Source: a virus
Taxonomy: Duplodnaviria; Caudoviricetes
DNA length: 61,044 bases
Direction: 5' to 3' (one strand)
IMG/VR virus record: IMGVR_UViG_3300012931_000291
Coordinates: 1 to 61,044 of that record
The notes below the pieces were generated by a model, which was not told the DNA's origin, did not search any database, and worked only from the letters and a program-made list of their open reading frames with translations. This document shows positions 9,618-18,902 of this stretch, piece after piece. Both the position numbers and the translations under genes were made by a program. How positions within the stretch are numbered: position 1 is the stretch's first letter; each line of letters starts with the position of its first letter.

Positions 9618-10047
9618 GATCAAGAAATGGGTCCCGCTGGCCAAGATGGAGTCAGCTGGCGAGGATGAGTTCAGGAAGAGGATCCAGGGCGCGATGGAGG
9701 TCGAGCTCCCACACGAGAAGCTTACACTTATCCCCTATCTTGGTAAGCCTGAGGTCGTGGAATACGCATCGGCAGAGCTCATAGGCCTCTGCCCTGTGAC
9801 CTTCCTCCCTGACGTCTACAAGATCAAGATTCGCTACGTCCCCGGGGAGAAGATTCCAGAGCTCAAGTCGCTGAAGTATTACTTCCTTGACTACGCAGAG
9901 CTCCCCATCTCCCACGAGCATCTGGCGTCGAGGATCTACGACCAGTTCAACGCGCAGGTGAATCCGCAGCTTCTGCGTGTCATCCTGGATGTCGCTGTCC
10001 GAGGGGGGATCATGACGACTGTCGACATCGGGACGGATGAGATATGA
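9598..10047 (+). CDS. queF: preQ0 nitrile reductase (preQ1 synthase)
   Basis: Catalytic LCPVT..PD, QueF motif ELKSLKYY, SHE and RGGI. Confidence 0.85.
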   Translation: MKTTLDEIKKWVPLAKMESAGEDEFRKRIQGAMEVELPHEKLTLIPYLGKPEVVEYASAELIGLCPVTFLPDVYKIKIRYVPGEKIPELKSLKYYFLDYAELPISHEHLASRIYDQFNAQVNPQLLRVILDVAVRGGIMTTVDIGTDEI

Positions 10048-10228
10048 TGTTATCCATGCTGATGCTCGACCGGATCAACCTGGCATAGATGAGCGCAGTA
10101 AAGTGCGGAGTAAAGGAGCCTATGCTCATCATCGGCCCTGGATCCGCTGAGGATCTGCGCCAGGAGCTGGTCGGACGAATTGGAAAGTTCATCCCGAAGA
10201 GCGTAGTAGAAGGAAAGAAGGAGAGTAC

Positions 10229-11107
10229 ATGCAGCTAAGTATGCTTCTGGATTCGGGAGCATTCTCCGCGTGGACGAAGCACTCGTCAGTCGATTTGGAC
10301 GCTTACATCGCGTTCATCAAGGAGCACAAGGATGACTTCGAGTACTACGTTAATCTCGACTGCATTCCTGGCGAGTGGGGACGGAAGCCGACGCGCGAGG
10401 AGATCGAGGCCTCAGCGGCGAAGGGGTATGCGAACTACGAGTACATGCTGTCTAAGGGGATTGAGAAAGACCGTCTGATCCACGTTTTCCATCAGCACGA
10501 GGACTGGAAGTGGTTGAAAAAGATGGTCAAGGAGATCCCTTACATTGGCCTTTCCCCCGCCAACGATTCTACTCAGCCGAGCAAGAAGCGGTGGCTGGAC
10601 GAGTGTATGATGTACACGACTGACGACTGTGGCTATCCTTTGGTCAAGACTCATGGGTTTGCTGTCACGGGCGTCGGTTTCATGTACCGCTACCCTTGGT
10701 TCTCAGTGGATTCCTTGACTTGGCGCCTCTGCGCTGGGTATGGCGGTATCTTCGTACCCGCCTGGAACATGAAGGGGGAGTTCATCTACAGTCGCACGCC
10801 CTTGGCGACGAAGATCACGGTCCGCGGCTCGACGAGGGAGATCGTCATGCGGAGGTTTGACTTCCTCTCCACCCAGGAGAAGGACAAGGTCTACGAGTAC
10901 ATCGCTTCCAAGGGCTTTAAGATGGGCAAGTCTGTCATGGAAGATGGCAAGGAGAAGATTATTGAGGAGGGACTTGTCAACTCGCACAAGCAGCGGGAGC
11001 TCCTGAACATCATGTTCTTCGAGGACTTCCTAGCCCGGATCGACCCCTTCCCGCACCGCCGGTACAAGGGTAAGGAGCTTCTGGTTCAAGGCTTCAACTT
11101 TACATAG
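10229..11107 (+). CDS. dpdA: DpdA-like DNA 7-deazaguanine transglycosylase (TGT fold)
   Basis: LLDSGAFSAW, NLD.IP, VFH, YIGL, THGFA and PWFSVDS motifs; lies in the que gene cluster. Confidence 0.82.
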   Translation: MQLSMLLDSGAFSAWTKHSSVDLDAYIAFIKEHKDDFEYYVNLDCIPGEWGRKPTREEIEASAAKGYANYEYMLSKGIEKDRLIHVFHQHEDWKWLKKMVKEIPYIGLSPANDSTQPSKKRWLDECMMYTTDDCGYPLVKTHGFAVTGVGFMYRYPWFSVDSLTWRLCAGYGGIFVPAWNMKGEFIYSRTPLATKITVRGSTREIVMRRFDFLSTQEKDKVYEYIASKGFKMGKSVMEDGKEKIIEEGLVNSHKQRELLNIMFFEDFLARIDPFPHRRYKGKELLVQGFNFT

Positions 11108-11117
11108 GAGGGAGAGA

Positions 11118-11417
11118 ATGGTCTATCGAAGCGAACAGTGCCGCGACTTCTATCGCGACGTCGAACTTAACACTGGCTTAGGCGAGGAAGTGGTGGATGC
11201 GATTCTGACAAGGATGGACCTCGCCCTCAAGGACAATGGTTTCGGTGGTATTGAGGCGACTCTCGCTCGGACGGACTTTCCTCGCCCGGCTGACATGGAG
11301 GCTGCGAACGAGTTTTTGAAGGAGCAGAAAGGGAACATCAAACTCCTCGCCATCCGAAACGGAGTACCTCTAGACATCACGGTCGAGGGTGCTTACTACG
11401 AGATCAAGGAGAAGTGA
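11118..11417 (+). CDS. hypothetical protein
   Basis: 99-aa ORF with a strong RBS. Confidence 0.65.
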   Translation: MVYRSEQCRDFYRDVELNTGLGEEVVDAILTRMDLALKDNGFGGIEATLARTDFPRPADMEAANEFLKEQKGNIKLLAIRNGVPLDITVEGAYYEIKEK

Positions 11418-11599
11418 TGCGTGTCTACTATGCAGGGTTCTACAACTTGAAGCCAGAGTACTTGGAGCCGATCAAAGACATCCAGGAGCTTCATGTCCTC
11501 AGGTCTTACTATTACCAAAAAGACCTCAGGGACTTCTTGAAGAAGGTCCACGAGTACAAAGCAGTACAAGAACAAGGAGTGAACAATGGAAGTGAATAG
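11414..11599 (+). CDS. small protein, possibly a detached TGT/DpdA N-terminal segment
   Basis: MRVYYAG...VLRSYYY; translationally coupled on both sides. Confidence 0.55.
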   Translation: MMRVYYAGFYNLKPEYLEPIKDIQELHVLRSYYYQKDLRDFLKKVHEYKAVQEQGVNNGSE

Positions 11600-12638
11600 G
11601 GAGCGGCTACTTCAATCGCTTCAGAACGCGATCGTGGGCTCGGAGAAAGGAGAGTTTTTGAATAATGCTTTCTCCTTCAAGGACGGCTATGTCCACACCT
11701 TCAAGGACTTCGTCGCCTTGTCGATCCACCTGGGGGACGAGTTCAAGTTTCTCAAGGGGTCGATCCGGGCCACTGAGTTCTTTTCCCTCTTGTCCAAGTA
11801 CACGATGGAGAAAGTTGATATCAATGTCCTCGACAACGGGCTGGAGGTTTGTAGTGGTCGGTCTAAGGCTCTATTCACCTTTCTCGAAGAGTCCGTCCTC
11901 AAGCAGGTCGATAACATGGCCCTCGAGTCGCTCGTCTGGTACCCGATGCCTGACGACTTCCGCGACGCCCTCTCCTTCTGCCTCCTCGGCGTCCGCGAGT
12001 ACAATCTCGAAGGCGTCAGGGTGAAGGGGAAGCTTGCTCTCTCGGTCGATTCCAAGAGGGTAAACTACTTCGAGATGAAGGAGACGGCCGGCGATTTCCT
12101 CCTCGAGGAGAAGGTCGTCACCGAGCTCCTCAAGTTCCAGGACTTTGTCCAGCTGGCCCAGTCCGACCAGCGAGTGTTCGTCAAGCTCGGCGATGGAACT
12201 ATTGTCTCTGGGCGAAGGAAGATGGACGTTGATTACCCGCTTGACAAGATCACGGCGATGATCGAGCAGATCACTCCCACCGAGGAAGACCCGAAGGGCA
12301 AGCTGCCTACGAGCTTCAAGTCGATGATTGGCCGCGCGTCGGTCCTCTCCTCCGAGATGTCTGGCCTGGCGGTTATCAAGATGGTCTTCGACAAGGAGTT
12401 CATCGAAGCGTCGTCCGAGCGTGCGACTGGAAAGTACGACGAGAAGCTCGATTGGGAGGAGATACCTGCTGGCCTCGATCAGCCGATCACGGTGTTTCTC
12501 GAGTCGTCCGCCGCCTTGTATGCGCTCGAGAAGTCGAGGACCTTCGCCATCAAGTCGACCGAGGGTCTGAAGCGCCTCGTCTTCATCGGCGATAACTGCA
12601 AGTGTTTCCTGGCCGCGTACACCGAGGGCAAGGAATGA
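11586..12638 (+). CDS. DNA sliding clamp (DnaN-like)
   Basis: 350 aa, begins MEVNRERLLQSL, contains SVDSKRV and DYP; sits next to the polymerase and clamp loader. Confidence 0.65.
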   Translation: MEVNRERLLQSLQNAIVGSEKGEFLNNAFSFKDGYVHTFKDFVALSIHLGDEFKFLKGSIRATEFFSLLSKYTMEKVDINVLDNGLEVCSGRSKALFTFLEESVLKQVDNMALESLVWYPMPDDFRDALSFCLLGVREYNLEGVRVKGKLALSVDSKRVNYFEMKETAGDFLLEEKVVTELLKFQDFVQLAQSDQRVFVKLGDGTIVSGRRKMDVDYPLDKITAMIEQITPTEEDPKGKLPTSFKSMIGRASVLSSEMSGLAVIKMVFDKEFIEASSERATGKYDEKLDWEEIPAGLDQPITVFLESSAALYALEKSRTFAIKSTEGLKRLVFIGDNCKCFLAAYTEGKE

Positions 12639-15316
12639 AACAAGGCTTCTTCGAGCAGCTCGGCCTGGAAGTGACCAAGACCTCCAGGCCGAGTTCTTCT
12701 CGTTCCGGCCCCCCTCGCAGGTCCTCCAACCTGACCAAGAAGGAGAATGAGACCTGCGAGGATTGCGGGTTGTACAAGACCTGCCAGTCGCCAAAGATGC
12801 CCCCAACGGGCAAAGGCGAGAAAGGCATCCTTATCGTCGCAGAAGCTCCGGGGAAGACAGAAGATGAGGAGGGGATCCAGCTGATCGGCAAGTCGGGCCA
12901 CTACCTGAGGACAGCACTAGAAGACCTCGGGGCTGACCTGGATCGTGACTTCTGGAAGACAAACGCAGTGATCTGCCGGCCGCCGGACAACCGCACGCCG
13001 ACGCCCAAGGAGCTTCGGATCTGCCGAGAAAACCTCCTGAACACGATCGAGGTCTACCAGCCGAAAGTCGTTGTCTTGATTGGCCAGCCGGCCTTCGACT
13101 CCTACCTGGGGCCTAGGCTGGTAGGCAGAATTAAAAATGTGCCGTATAGTAGTTGGGTGGGAATGACAATCCCCGACCAAGAAACCGGGCGATGGATCTG
13201 CCCGCTCTACCACCCCTCCTACCTCCTCCGCCTCCAGAATGAAGGCAGGAGAGATCGGGAGGAGCAGGAGGACAAAGTCCTCGCCGCGATGTACCGGCGA
13301 CAGCTCCAGCGTATTATCGACTTGGCCGATGAGCCCGTGCCCACCCTCGACTATGGCGATATCCAGACGACAGACGACGAGGCGACAGCAATCGAGTGGA
13401 TCAAGGCCGAGATGGCCGAGCAGCCCCGATGGCTCACCTTCGACTACGAGACCACTGGCCTGAAGCCCCACAGGGCGGGACACGGGATTCGAGTGGTCTC
13501 CTTCTGCGATGGGGTCAAGACCCGAGCGTTCAAGAACACCATGGAGACGGGGAAGTGGTGGGCCAAGCTCCTTCAGTCGTGCGACGAGAATCATACTGGG
13601 GTCATCGCGCACCACATGTCCTTCGAGGAGATGTGGTCGATGGAGATCCTGGGCACGAAGTTGGACATGAAGTGCCGCTGGGACACTATGCTCGGCGCGC
13701 ACATCATCGACAACAAGCGGTCGTGCGGATTGAAGTTCCTCGTCTACACGAAGTTCGGCGTCCTGGGATACGACCAGGACGTTGACTACTACATCGAGAC
13801 CAAGAAGCAGGGAGAGGACAACGACTCCTGCAACTCATTCAACCGGATTGACGAGGCTGACCAGAAGAAGCTCCTACGGTATGGTGCCGAAGATTCCTTT
13901 TTCACCTACAAGATCTTCCTCGATCAGTACGAGACGTTCAAGAAAGATCCCCACACCGGCCGTGGCGCAGCTTTCTTCTTCGAGTCCGTGGGCAGCTTGG
14001 CACGGATGCAGCAGAATGGCGTCTGCGTCGACATGGACGAACTCAAGTCGGTGAAGACCAAGATCACCAGGCGCCTCGAGTGCATCAAGGACCGAATCGA
14101 CTCCAGTCCCGAGGTCAAGAAGTGGGATGGCCTGACGGCGTTCAACTTCAAGTCAGGCCCCCAACTCTCCCACCTCCTGTACGACATCATGGGCATCGAG
14201 GTCAAGAAGAAGACTGGGTTGGACAAGGCCAGTACTGACGAGGAAGCTCTGGAGAAGATCGACGCGGATATTCCGATGGTTCATGATATTGTCGACTACC
14301 GCCATTGGTCGAAGGTCTTGACGACCTACCTGGGTCAGTACGAGCGGGAGGTGATGAATGGCCTGCTCCATGCCAACTTTGGTCTGGGCAACGTGGATAC
14401 CTTCCGCTCCTCCTCCTTCGACCCCAACCTCCAGAACGTGCCAAAGCGAGACGAGCAGGTCAAGAACTTGATCCGCTCGATCATCCGTCCGCGGCCGGGT
14501 CATCGGATCATCGAGTATGACTACAAGGCTCTGGAGGTCTCGATCGCGGGCTGCGTCTTCCGGGACCCCAACTGGCTCTCCTATTGCCGGGACACGTCGA
14601 AGGACATGCACCGCGATACAGCGATCGAGATTCTGTACCTGACTGACGAGTATGGGATGCCTTGGGAGGGGATCGAGAAGAAGATCGCCAAGCAGGTGCG
14701 GCAGGCGTCCAAGAACGGCTTCGTCTTCCCTTCAGTCTACGGCTCGTCTGGTAAGTCAGCTGCGGCAGGGATGTGGGAGCAGCTCCCAGACGACATCAAG
14801 CGTCATCTCAGGGTACACATTGGCATCAAGGACCTCGAAGGCTTTACTAAGAGGATGATTGCCTACGAGAAGGACTATTGGGGTGTGCGCTACCCCATCT
14901 ACGACAAGAACCGCCGTGATTTGTTCAAGTCCTACGAAAAGAAGGGGTATATTGAGCAAGTCACCGGGTTCCGCTGCTACGGGCCGATGTCGTTCATGCA
15001 AGTCGTGAACTACCCGGTTCAGGGCCCAGCCTCACACGTCAAGCTCAAGACCTTGTCCGAGGTGTCGCAGAGGATCGTCGACGAGAAGAAGGACATCTTG
15101 CCGATCATGGAGATCCATGACTCGATGCTCTTCGACGTGAATCCTGACGACGAGGCTTGGCTGGATGAGACAGTCCGCTACCATGGTATGGAGAAGGTGG
15201 CGCAGGATTGGAAGTGGATCATCGTCCCCCTGCTCCTCGAGAAGGAGCGGAGCGAAGTAGACGGGACCTGGGCCGTGATGAACGGATGTGGGTATCTTGG
15301 AGGAGGCAGAGAATGA
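12635..15316 (+). CDS. polA: family A DNA polymerase with N-terminal family-4 uracil-DNA glycosylase domain and 3'-5' exonuclease
   Basis: UDG: CEDC, AEAPG, TNAVICRPP.NRTP, YHPSYLLR. Exonuclease: FDYETTGL. Polymerase: PNLQNVP, YDYKALE, R...K......YG, IHDS. Confidence 0.92.
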   Translation: MKQGFFEQLGLEVTKTSRPSSSRSGPPRRSSNLTKKENETCEDCGLYKTCQSPKMPPTGKGEKGILIVAEAPGKTEDEEGIQLIGKSGHYLRTALEDLGADLDRDFWKTNAVICRPPDNRTPTPKELRICRENLLNTIEVYQPKVVVLIGQPAFDSYLGPRLVGRIKNVPYSSWVGMTIPDQETGRWICPLYHPSYLLRLQNEGRRDREEQEDKVLAAMYRRQLQRIIDLADEPVPTLDYGDIQTTDDEATAIEWIKAEMAEQPRWLTFDYETTGLKPHRAGHGIRVVSFCDGVKTRAFKNTMETGKWWAKLLQSCDENHTGVIAHHMSFEEMWSMEILGTKLDMKCRWDTMLGAHIIDNKRSCGLKFLVYTKFGVLGYDQDVDYYIETKKQGEDNDSCNSFNRIDEADQKKLLRYGAEDSFFTYKIFLDQYETFKKDPHTGRGAAFFFESVGSLARMQQNGVCVDMDELKSVKTKITRRLECIKDRIDSSPEVKKWDGLTAFNFKSGPQLSHLLYDIMGIEVKKKTGLDKASTDEEALEKIDADIPMVHDIVDYRHWSKVLTTYLGQYEREVMNGLLHANFGLGNVDTFRSSSFDPNLQNVPKRDEQVKNLIRSIIRPRPGHRIIEYDYKALEVSIAGCVFRDPNWLSYCRDTSKDMHRDTAIEILYLTDEYGMPWEGIEKKIAKQVRQASKNGFVFPSVYGSSGKSAAAGMWEQLPDDIKRHLRVHIGIKDLEGFTKRMIAYEKDYWGVRYPIYDKNRRDLFKSYEKKGYIEQVTGFRCYGPMSFMQVVNYPVQGPASHVKLKTLSEVSQRIVDEKKDILPIMEIHDSMLFDVNPDDEAWLDETVRYHGMEKVAQDWKWIIVPLLLEKERSEVDGTWAVMNGCGYLGGGRE

Positions 15317-15540
15317 ACAAGCGGTTGCAAGAAGCCGTCGATGAGCACCAGGCCGAAGAGGAAGAGTGGAGAACCATTCTCGACCAGTGTGACAAGATGC
15401 TCTTCGACGACGATTATGACTTCGCCTCAGACACAATCCAGGGCATCCGTGACCACATCGTGGAGAACAAGTCAGTCACGCCTGGGCAGAGGAAGGCGAT
15501 CGTTAACATTCGGCGGTCCGTAGAAAATCGAGATTGGTAA
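15313..15540 (+). CDS. hypothetical protein
   Basis: ATGA overlap with polA stop; RBS present. Confidence 0.6.
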   Translation: MNKRLQEAVDEHQAEEEEWRTILDQCDKMLFDDDYDFASDTIQGIRDHIVENKSVTPGQRKAIVNIRRSVENRDW

Positions 15541-15551
15541 GGAGGATATGT

Positions 15552-16493
15552 ATGGGTCTTTATCACAAGTACAGGCCGCAGAATTTCGAGGACATGCTCG
15601 GCAACAAGGAGGTCATCCAGACCCTCAACGACGCTCTGGCCAACCCAGAACGTTCTCACGCCTTCCTGTTCACCGGGCCTAGCGGGTGCGGGAAGACCAC
15701 GGCGGCGCGCATCTTCGCGAAGAAGCTCGGCGTCGATGACCTTGCCCTGATCGAGGTCAACTCGGCGAACAACAGAGGCATCGACACCGCTCGAGGAATC
15801 ATCTCGCAGATGCAGTCCTTCCCCTTTCAAGGGAAGATCTGGGTCTGGATCATCGACGAGGTGCATATGACGTCGAAGGACTTCCAGAACGCGATGTTGA
15901 AGCCCCTCGAGGACACGCCGGAGCACGTCTACTTCTTCCTCTGCACCACGAACCCCGAGAAGCTGATCAAGCCGATCAAGACGCGGTGCTCGGAGATCCA
16001 GTTCTCGTCCTTGGAACCCCGATACATCTCCCTCCTCCTGAAGCGGACAGTCCGAGAGGAGAACATCGAGCTGCTCCCGGAGGTGTCCGAGGAGATCGTC
16101 GACGCCTGCCAAGGCTCCGCCCGAGCCGCACTCGTCGCCCTGGAGAAGGTGGCGAAGCTCGATAAGGAACAAGCTCTCAAGCTCCTCCGCTCGAATCCGT
16201 CGGACCTCGAGATGGAGGAGGGGAAAACGCTCGACCTCTGTCGGGCACTCATGAAGAAAGACGGAACCTGGGGGGATGTAGCGGATACTCTCAAGGGCGT
16301 CTATGAGGAGGAGTCAGATTTCGAGAAGATCCGTTACCAGGTGCTGGGGTATGCTAACTCGATTCTCTTACAAGGGAGGGAGAACTCGAGGGCAGCGTTG
16401 ATTGTCGAGTGCTTCTCCCAGCCCTTCTACGATTCTGGGAAGGCAGGGTTGACACTAGCGGCTTATCAGAGTATGACCCTCGGGAGAGGGTAG
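15552..16493 (+). CDS. dnaX: clamp loader, DNA polymerase III gamma/tau-like AAA+ ATPase
   Basis: LYHKYRP, GPSGCGKTT, IIDEVH, LKPLED, TRC and GSAR motifs. Confidence 0.88.
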   Translation: MGLYHKYRPQNFEDMLGNKEVIQTLNDALANPERSHAFLFTGPSGCGKTTAARIFAKKLGVDDLALIEVNSANNRGIDTARGIISQMQSFPFQGKIWVWIIDEVHMTSKDFQNAMLKPLEDTPEHVYFFLCTTNPEKLIKPIKTRCSEIQFSSLEPRYISLLLKRTVREENIELLPEVSEEIVDACQGSARAALVALEKVAKLDKEQALKLLRSNPSDLEMEEGKTLDLCRALMKKDGTWGDVADTLKGVYEEESDFEKIRYQVLGYANSILLQGRENSRAALIVECFSQPFYDSGKAGLTLAAYQSMTLGRG

Positions 16494-16508
16494 TAAGGAG
16501 GTTTTTGA

Positions 16509-17231
16509 ATGGACTTAATGAAGAGTTTCAAGGAAGTCGACAAGATCGGCGCGAAGGGCTTTAAGCTCTACGACGTTTTTCTCGCCGCCTTCGTCGCGCT
16601 TCTGCTCCTGTCGAACATCATCGCTGTCAAGCTGATTGCGGTGGGGCCTATAGTCCTAACCGCCGCAGTCTTCCTATTTCCCCTGTCCTACATTTTCGGC
16701 GATGTGCTCACGGAGGTCTACGGCTATGCGAGGTCTAGGCGGATGATCTGGCTCGGCTTTGCGGCCAACATCCTGATGGTCCTTGCCTTTTGGTTGGCTA
16801 TCTCTCTGCCGGCGCCTGTGTTCTGGAAGAACCAGGAAGCGCTCGTCACTGTGCTCGGCTCTGTTCCGAGGATTGTCCTCGCCTCCCTGATAGCATACTG
16901 GGTTGGTGAGTTCATGAACTCCTACGTCTTGGCAAGGATGAAGGAGTGGATGATCAAGTGGGATCCGAATCACAAACACCTCTGGATGAGGACGATCGGC
17001 TCGACCATCGTGGGCGAAGGCCTTGATTCTATACTATTTGTTATCATCGGTTTCTTTGGGACTATGCCGTTCGGGGCAGTACTGATGATGATCTTTTGGC
17101 AGTGGGTATTCAAGTGTGGAATCGAGATTGTGTTCACACCCCTCACTTACAAAGTCGTTGCCACGGTGAAGAAGGTGGAAGGCGTTGACACCATTGGCGC
17201 TGCGACATACAGTCCGTTGGTCTTCAAGTAA
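16509..17231 (+). CDS. yhhQ: queuosine-precursor (preQ0/preQ1) transporter
   Basis: Hydrophobic; SNIIAVK, FPLSYIFGDVLTEVYG, PRIVLASLIAY and RTIGST motifs. Confidence 0.9.
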   Translation: MDLMKSFKEVDKIGAKGFKLYDVFLAAFVALLLLSNIIAVKLIAVGPIVLTAAVFLFPLSYIFGDVLTEVYGYARSRRMIWLGFAANILMVLAFWLAISLPAPVFWKNQEALVTVLGSVPRIVLASLIAYWVGEFMNSYVLARMKEWMIKWDPNHKHLWMRTIGSTIVGEGLDSILFVIIGFFGTMPFGAVLMMIFWQWVFKCGIEIVFTPLTYKVVATVKKVEGVDTIGAATYSPLVFK

Positions 17232-17275
17232 TTTTCAAACTTGGGGCGGTGAAGACCAATAATAAGTTGAAGGAG
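17232..17275 (+). promoter_or_regulatory. bipartite promoter-like motif, copy 2
   Basis: TTTTCAAACT-N10-AAGACCAATAATA-N4-GAAGGAG, same as 6058-6101. Confidence 0.7.
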
Positions 17276-17280
17276 TGATC

Positions 17281-17790
17281 ATGGACAGTCAGGAAGAGAA
17301 GCTCCTCGCCGAGCTCGAGAGTGTTCAGCGAGACGTTCGCATCAATAAGTACAAGCTCGACGAGGAGTGTGCTCGTCAGTCGACCTTGTACCTTTACTAT
17401 TCCGATCTCCTCGCCGAAGCGAAAGACTCCGAGGACGAAGCCGACGACGCACTCGACAAGGTCCTGGGTGTGGTCGAGATGAAGCTCCGGGACAGTCCGC
17501 CTGAAGGAGTCAAGGTCACTGACTCGACAATCAAGGCTCTGGTGGCTAAGGACGACGAGGTCGATAAGGCTAAGGAGAAGCTTCGGAAGGCGAAGAAGTG
17601 GAAGTACCGTATCGAGGGCATCGTCAACTCGATGGGGCACAAGAAGTCGGGGCTCGACAACCTTGTCGTGCTCTGGTCCAGGGGGTACTACATGTCCGAC
17701 GCCGGGACACCTCGGACGGGCGCGGATGAGGCTTCGGAACGTCTCAGGGGCAACCTCAACAACAGAAAAGAAGGAGAGGAGAAGAAATGA
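17281..17790 (+). CDS. UvsY-like recombination mediator
   Basis: Helical protein with DVRINKYKLDEEC..Q..LY..Y; located upstream of SSB and RecA-like genes. Confidence 0.55.
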   Translation: MDSQEEKLLAELESVQRDVRINKYKLDEECARQSTLYLYYSDLLAEAKDSEDEADDALDKVLGVVEMKLRDSPPEGVKVTDSTIKALVAKDDEVDKAKEKLRKAKKWKYRIEGIVNSMGHKKSGLDNLVVLWSRGYYMSDAGTPRTGADEASERLRGNLNNRKEGEEKK

Positions 17791-18902
17791 AGACCTCTAG
17801 CAGCAGTCTCAAGAACAGGTATGCAGAGTCGGCTAGGACGAAGGACTCAGGGGGCAGCAACGGCCCATTCAGCTTCCCTTCCGAGACCAAGTTTTACAAG
17901 GCTAAGGAGGCGAGGAACCGTCTCATCATCCTATCGTTCCCGATCAAGACGAAGAAGCACCCCCTCGTCGCCAAGGGTCGCTGGAAGATCGGCGACTATG
18001 ACTATGTGATGGACGTCTGGGTTCATCAACGATTTGGCGGTGGAGACCAAGACTTTGTCTGTCTGAAGAAGAACTACAACAAGCCTTGCCCGTGTTGCGA
18101 GCTCGCCGAGGAGTATCGACAGGCCGTGAAGGAGGAGGAGTATAAGGCCGCCAAGGCTTCCAGGCGTGTTGTTTACAACGTTCTTGACGCCCGTTCGCCT
18201 GAGAAGGGCGTGATGATCTTCTCCACCTCTCATTACCTCTTCGAGCACGAGCTCATCGAGGAAGCCATTGCCTCCGGTGTCGGCGGTGAGCCTGTCGATT
18301 TCGCAGTCGACTTCCTCCGTAAGGATGAAAACGGCCGTGTGGACCTCGGCGTTGAGAACGGGAAAGTCATCTCCTTCCGTGGGGCGATGACCAAGCTCGG
18401 CCAGAACGAGTATTTGGAGTTCAAGTCCTTCTCGTTCGAGACCCGCGACGAGTCTCTCCCCCGCGATATCCAGAGCGAGGTTATCTCCCTGGACGAGGCG
18501 TTGACTGTCATGTCCTACGACGACATGCAGAGTGCCGTCTACGGGCAGGATGATGATGAGGAAGAGGAAGAGCGCGGCGAGTCTGGTCGAGGCAGGGGCG
18601 AGGAGCAGGACGAGCGGCCTAACAGGTCCAACCGGGACGATGATCGCGAGCGCGGGAGCGATCGGGAGGATGACCACAGGCCGAGCAGGGACGACGATCG
18701 GCCCAGGGAGCGCGACCGCGACCAAGATCGCCGCAGGGACGAGCCTAGGGAGGAGAAGCCGAAGGACGAGCCGAAGGGTGACACCTGCCCGGCCGGCTAC
18801 AAGTTCCCGGATGATTGGGACAAGAAGCCTGAGTGCTCGAAGTGCAAGGTCTGGGACCGATGCGGAGACGCCCTCGAAGCGACGAAGAAGGCGAAGAAGT
18901 GA
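17787..18902 (+). CDS. gp32-like single-stranded DNA-binding protein
   Basis: H...C.......CPCC zinc site, YNV motif, acidic low-complexity linker and Cys-rich C-terminal domain. Confidence 0.7.
   Translation: MKTSSSSLKNRYAESARTKDSGGSNGPFSFPSETKFYKAKEARNRLIILSFPIKTKKHPLVAKGRWKIGDYDYVMDVWVHQRFGGGDQDFVCLKKNYNKPCPCCELAEEYRQAVKEEEYKAAKASRRVVYNVLDARSPEKGVMIFSTSHYLFEHELIEEAIASGVGGEPVDFAVDFLRKDENGRVDLGVENGKVISFRGAMTKLGQNEYLEFKSFSFETRDESLPRDIQSEVISLDEALTVMSYDDMQSAVYGQDDDEEEEERGESGRGRGEEQDERPNRSNRDDDRERGSDREDDHRPSRDDDRPRERDRDQDRRRDEPREEKPKDEPKGDTCPAGYKFPDDWDKKPECSKCKVWDRCGDALEATKKAKK

Noticed and set aside
10044-10238. In-frame TAG between two short ORFs, suggesting amber recoding
   Set aside because: Long conserved genes are uninterrupted in the standard code and several end properly at TAG (for example folE and dpdA).
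18545-18775. R/D/E-rich repetitive DNA in the SSB gene
   Set aside because: This is an ordinary charged low-complexity linker, not a separate element.
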